29,382 bases of DNA, from positions 1 to 29,382 of the IMG/VR virus record IMGVR_UViG_3300032305_000118; one strand, 5' to 3'. Under the pieces are notes generated by a model that was not told where the DNA came from, did not search any database, and worked only from the letters and a program-made list of their open reading frames with translations. Of the stretch, positions 25,661-29,382 are shown in pieces. Source of the DNA: a virus (lineage: Duplodnaviria > Caudoviricetes). Position 1 is the first letter of the stretch. Each line of letters begins with the position of its first letter. Position numbers and translations under genes: made by a program.

Positions 25661-25956
25661 ATAATAGTCACCGTTACTGTCCCCACACTAGCTGTGGCAG
25701 ATACTCCAAATAAATAAGAAACGTTGGGTACGACTATCTTTAAGTCTTCCCCGACCCGAAATACAGTACCATTGGGCAAATTGTACCCTGATGTTGGTAA
25801 ATTTAATAGCCGAATTCCGTCCACTTGTAAAGCAGCATTTGAGTCCAACTGGGTAAAGTAAAGCCTTAAAACACCAATTAACTGGGCTAACTGTGCTTCA
25901 TTATATTCAGGCGTAGCCAGAGGCAAAGCTGGTGCCCGAAACCGTTGCATCCCCAT
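25657..25956 (-). CDS. Small virion/tail-associated protein
   Basis: APALP.A..EY......L...LRLYF.QL pattern; translationally coupled to the tail gene. Confidence 0.7.
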   Translation of the reverse strand: MGMQRFRAPALPLATPEYNEAQLAQLIGVLRLYFTQLDSNAALQVDGIRLLNLPTSGYNLPNGTVFRVGEDLKIVVPNVSYLFGVSATASVGTVTVTII

Positions 25957-28004
25957 TAGCGTTTTCCGTCTGGTCTGCCATCCAGCCTAGGACTACCCAA
26001 CTGCCACTGCACCCCTAAATTGGTGGATTCAATCTCAACAGCCATCTGACGTGCCCTAGCCCGCATAAATATCTGGTCAGTGTATATATCAACTGGAGTC
26101 TCAATTACTGCCCCAGACTCAGTATTGGAATAGGCATTGCCTGGAAAGTTCCTTGGCTTAATAAACATAGTAACTTCGGGAGCAGCCGCCGTAGACCCTT
26201 GGAAATTAATGTCAGGGATTATCCGTTTGGTTAGGATAAACTGATCGCCGTCTACTAGGTCAAAGTCAGACGAGGCAATATAGGAGTTCATTGGCAGAAC
26301 ATTGTCATCTACACCCTGCTCGTGGTTATATATGACGCTATCGCCTGTCATGCTAGTTTGGACTACAAGCTGGGATATATTAACTATATACGTTCCTGCA
26401 CCACCCAAACCTGTACCTAAAGCGGTAATCTTTGTGCCCGTGGCTACCCCTGTACCAGTAATGACTGAGCCAATCTGCAAGTAACCCACCATACTACCTG
26501 TTACGGTCAAAGTAGTGCCAGAAATAGCACCTGTAAAGTACGTTGCGGTCAATGCTTGAGGGTATTCCCTTAGTGAAGAGTCTGACCACGCAGTGCGGTC
26601 TATCGTGCCGTAATACCAAATCTTCTCTAAATGGTTGTATATCGCATAGGCATTGTTACCTTGACTATCTGCTGTGGGGTAGAACCACCAAATCTCATTC
26701 CAGCCCTCATTAGTCCCGCAGACAATCTGGTCGGCTTGGTCGTAGTTCAGGTTCTGGAATATGTGGTTACGGATAGTACAAGGAAGCGTCTCTACACGTC
26801 CGCCATAAGCATAGAACTTGTCATGCCCAAACCAGTAAGCCGTGTTATTTACTACGGCAACCGAACGAGGGCTAAGAATTGAAATATTGTCAGCCAGCTC
26901 TTGGATACCAAATACGTCTGTTGTGCCTAAAAACTGCAAAGAACTTAGGGTACCCTCAGTAAATACAAGGATCTCCTGCCGTGTTGCAGCTGCACAAACA
27001 ATGGCAGAGCCACGGGAAACCCGCAAAAACCCTGCTGAATTAGTGACTTGCGGTGTCCAGTTATTAGGCTCATCTTGGCTTGACCAGCGAATAAGAAGAG
27101 GATCAAATACACCACCCCCAAACGGAGTAGCTCCAAAGCAAAGAAGGTGCTTGTCGTTTTGAGAGACTAAAACCTGCATAGCCTCCGCAGGTACATCAGA
27201 AGGCGCAACGCCGTCTATGGTTGTTGCCGACAGCAAAGTGGCTCTAACCCCTGTACCGCCAGAGTTTTTCCAGTAATAAATAGCGCCATTACGGATATTA
27301 GCCACAAGGTCATCATCAAAGTTTTGCAAGAACCAATCCCGCTGAGGATTGACTACAGGAACACCAGCACCTGAACCCCAACCTCCCCGACTCCATACGC
27401 CAGCGCCCCAGCCATAGCCAACAGAAGCGTTGTCGTTACCAATTGGTATTTGAAAGGCAGCTGTAATTGCCGTGCCGCCGCCCGAAGCAATGGACGTAGC
27501 CGCAGTAGTTGTAGTAATGGTAAACGTGTTTACGGTAATAAAATCAACAATAAACTCGGCATTAAATTCAGATGCAGGTATCCCGCCAATAGGTCCAACC
27601 ACACCAGAAAAGGTTACGTAATCGCCTTCCGCAGCTCCGTGGGCAGCAATAGTTACTGTTACCGTCTTAGACCCGTTTGCGGTCGTAAAGCAGTTATTGG
27701 TTGCTGGGCTGACAAAAGTCTGACGAATCGGCGTAATGTCATAAATAATTTGACCAGCCTCAATGTAGAGTTTCTTTGACGTTCCAAGGGCTAGGTAATT
27801 ATTTGAAGCGGTTGTAATCCAGTTGAAGACCTGCCTACATATACCCGCTAGAGTTTGTGTGCTGTAGCGAAGCCAACCGCCCATCTTTTGTGGATAGCCA
27901 GAACGAAAGCGAATTTTGTCGCACTCATACCAACCGCCTTCGTTGGTATAGTTTGTTTGATCCCTATTTAAGCCAGGCTTGAACTGGAGCTTCTGTAATG
28001 GCAT
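25956..28004 (-). CDS. Tail tubular / head stabilisation (nozzle-like) protein
   Basis: [11 protein letters not shown]...[15 protein letters not shown] start, IRWSSQ, W-rich beta-propeller-like segments, end [14 protein letters not shown]. Confidence 0.75.
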   Translation of the reverse strand: MPLQKLQFKPGLNRDQTNYTNEGGWYECDKIRFRSGYPQKMGGWLRYSTQTLAGICRQVFNWITTASNNYLALGTSKKLYIEAGQIIYDITPIRQTFVSPATNNCFTTANGSKTVTVTIAAHGAAEGDYVTFSGVVGPIGGIPASEFNAEFIVDFITVNTFTITTTTAATSIASGGGTAITAAFQIPIGNDNASVGYGWGAGVWSRGGWGSGAGVPVVNPQRDWFLQNFDDDLVANIRNGAIYYWKNSGGTGVRATLLSATTIDGVAPSDVPAEAMQVLVSQNDKHLLCFGATPFGGGVFDPLLIRWSSQDEPNNWTPQVTNSAGFLRVSRGSAIVCAAATRQEILVFTEGTLSSLQFLGTTDVFGIQELADNISILSPRSVAVVNNTAYWFGHDKFYAYGGRVETLPCTIRNHIFQNLNYDQADQIVCGTNEGWNEIWWFYPTADSQGNNAYAIYNHLEKIWYYGTIDRTAWSDSSLREYPQALTATYFTGAISGTTLTVTGSMVGYLQIGSVITGTGVATGTKITALGTGLGGAGTYIVNISQLVVQTSMTGDSVIYNHEQGVDDNVLPMNSYIASSDFDLVDGDQFILTKRIIPDINFQGSTAAAPEVTMFIKPRNFPGNAYSNTESGAVIETPVDIYTDQIFMRARARQMAVEIESTNLGVQWQLGSPRLDGRPDGKR

Positions 28005-28010
28005 GCGGGT

Positions 28011-28529
28011 TTACCCTAACATCTTAAGTGCTTCATCTTTAACTTCTGCAACGCGCCTCGACCAGCCTTTACCAAATGTTTCGAAGGTCTTAAGTGATTG
28101 TAAGAACTCTAGACGTTTAGCGCAATACAGTTCTACTAATCGTGTTGGGTCTTCTTCCGCTTTTTCTACGGCAGCCATAGTAGCAGGCCCAAAACCACCA
28201 TCAGCAGTAACGCCGACACAGCTTTGCAAAAACTTAACAGCGCGCCCTGGCCCTGAATTAACAGCAACGTCAAAAACACAGTAGTCAACACCAACCACAA
28301 GCTCATCAGCTCGGATAGCATCCCAGTATTTCCTTTTATAAAGAGGCGCAACGGTTTCAGGAGTCAAAGCACGCATCTGCTTCTCATCTACATCGTGCCC
28401 TACCCACTCTTCCCAAACCCGTTTAGTAACGCCAAGGTTAGTCATGCCACCTGGGTCTTGAGGATGATTTACAAAGCCGCCCTCGTGGGCAAGCATCTTA
28501 GCTAGGCACTTTTCAAAATTACTTTGCAT
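28011..28529 (-). CDS. Endolysin, glycosyl hydrolase family 108 with a peptidoglycan-binding C-terminus
   Basis: HEGGFVNHPQDPGGMTNLGVT...YW...FDVAVNSGPGRA...FGKGWSRRV. Confidence 0.95.
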   Translation of the reverse strand: MQSNFEKCLAKMLAHEGGFVNHPQDPGGMTNLGVTKRVWEEWVGHDVDEKQMRALTPETVAPLYKRKYWDAIRADELVVGVDYCVFDVAVNSGPGRAVKFLQSCVGVTADGGFGPATMAAVEKAEEDPTRLVELYCAKRLEFLQSLKTFETFGKGWSRRVAEVKDEALKMLG

Positions 28530-28932
28530 CTTGTTTCTCTTTCGCCTTCATATCCATAATCTTCTCAAGGGTGCGACCGCCAAAGTAGAACGACATAATG
28601 AGCATACCCCACTGCCCAAGCAGTTCTACATAGTTATTGTTTACTTCAATATCGGCAGCAGATAGACCAGCAAAAGTAGTGTAAACAATCAAAATAAAGA
28701 CAAGCGTCATAGGTCGAATGTTCTTAGACATCCAGCTATCACTAGCCATGTCCGCTTCGTGGCGTTTGGTAAGCTCTTGCTGCTCTGCGGTATCTGCCGC
28801 AATCTTAGCCAGCTCACCGTTTTGCTGCATTTCCAGCAGTTTTAACTTAGCCTGTTCAGCCTGTGCTGGATCTGGGAATACCTTGTCTAGTATCTTGCCG
28901 CCAATGTCAAGTAGTGCGCCTAGTGGAAACAT
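28519..28932 (-). CDS. Holin (3TM, gene-transfer-agent-release type)
   Basis: GKILDKVFPDP...DMASDSWMSKNIRP + transmembrane segments + FYFGGRTLEK; adjacent to the endolysin. Confidence 0.85.
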   Translation of the reverse strand: MFPLGALLDIGGKILDKVFPDPAQAEQAKLKLLEMQQNGELAKIAADTAEQQELTKRHEADMASDSWMSKNIRPMTLVFILIVYTTFAGLSAADIEVNNNYVELLGQWGMLIMSFYFGGRTLEKIMDMKAKEKQDAK

Positions 28933-29192
28933 TATTTTTTCTGCCTTTCCTCAATCAGTTTGACTCGTACATGAATGTCGTGAAGTTCTTTGTAGATTTC
29001 CTCACGCATCTTAGCCCTGCGTTCTGCTGAGATTGGGCTGTCTGTTGGTATGCCTTCTGAGGTAATTAAAGCTGGCATCTTGCCTTCAATTTGAGTAAGA
29101 CGGGTTTGGAATGACGATACTTGACCGAGCAGCCATGCTATACAGGCAACTAAGATTGGAATAACCGCCTTAAGAACGTCCTGCATATTCAT
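28932..29192 (-). CDS. Small membrane-anchored coiled-coil protein
   Basis: N-terminal TM segment AVIPILVACIAWLL; ATG at 29192 overlaps the upstream TGA. Confidence 0.7.
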   Translation of the reverse strand: MNMQDVLKAVIPILVACIAWLLGQVSSFQTRLTQIEGKMPALITSEGIPTDSPISAERRAKMREEIYKELHDIHVRVKLIEERQKK

Positions 29193-29382
29193 CAAAATGC
29201 TCCCAAAATAAACTTAAGCCACAACGTTACAACAAGTGCCGCCACAAAACAATAAAACTGCACCCGCCTTACAGCCTTTAAATCATGCTGGAACTCTTCG
29301 TCATTCTTGCGTTCCATATTCTCGATGTCCAGCTTAATCTTAAGTAACGCATCCCATTCTTTGGCACCGTACTGCTTTACAA
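29192..29382 (-). CDS. Partial hypothetical protein with a C-terminal TM helix (truncated at the window edge)
   Basis: ...VKQYGAKEWDALLKIKLDIENMERKNDEEFQHDLKAVRRVQFYCFVAALVVTLWLKFILGAF*; stop at 29192-29194. Confidence 0.65.
   Translation of the reverse strand, partial: VKQYGAKEWDALLKIKLDIENMERKNDEEFQHDLKAVRRVQFYCFVAALVVTLWLKFILGAF

Noticed and set aside
15022-28963. Numerous + strand ORFs opposite the structural genes (e.g. 19840-20412)
   Set aside because: Antisense shadows caused by codon bias of the - strand genes; no protein-like motifs
1-29382. tRNA, rRNA, integrase or attachment site, alternative genetic code
   Set aside because: No tRNA cloverleaf with a T-loop consensus or recombinase motif was seen, and genes tile densely under the standard code

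Overview
A 29.4-kb internal fragment of a tailed dsDNA phage genome (Caudoviricetes, podovirus-like gene set) with two convergent arms. The + strand arm (1-14983) holds small early or accessory genes (VWA protein, VRR-NUC, HicA-like, sigma-70 region-4 HTH, DUF3310, a small secreted Cys-rich peptide). It then carries a replication module: family A DNA polymerase of the Leu762 type, PD-(D/E)xK and Cas4-like nucleases, HNH, SNF2-like helicase, SSB-like protein, HTH regulator and a primase-polymerase/DUF927 fusion. The - strand arm (14976-29382) holds late genes: 3TM holin, GH108 endolysin, tail tube/stabilisation protein, internal virion proteins, an SLT transglycosylase and a 2054-aa polyvalent protein. 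The most notable observation is a candidate structured ncRNA at about 8470-8586, a three-way junction with two exposed loops. One loop is complementary to a motif (AACAGGGAGAAA) repeated over the ribosome-binding sites of four early genes, suggesting a phage-encoded multi-target antisense switch. All calls come from reading motifs by eye; no database searches or folding programs were run.
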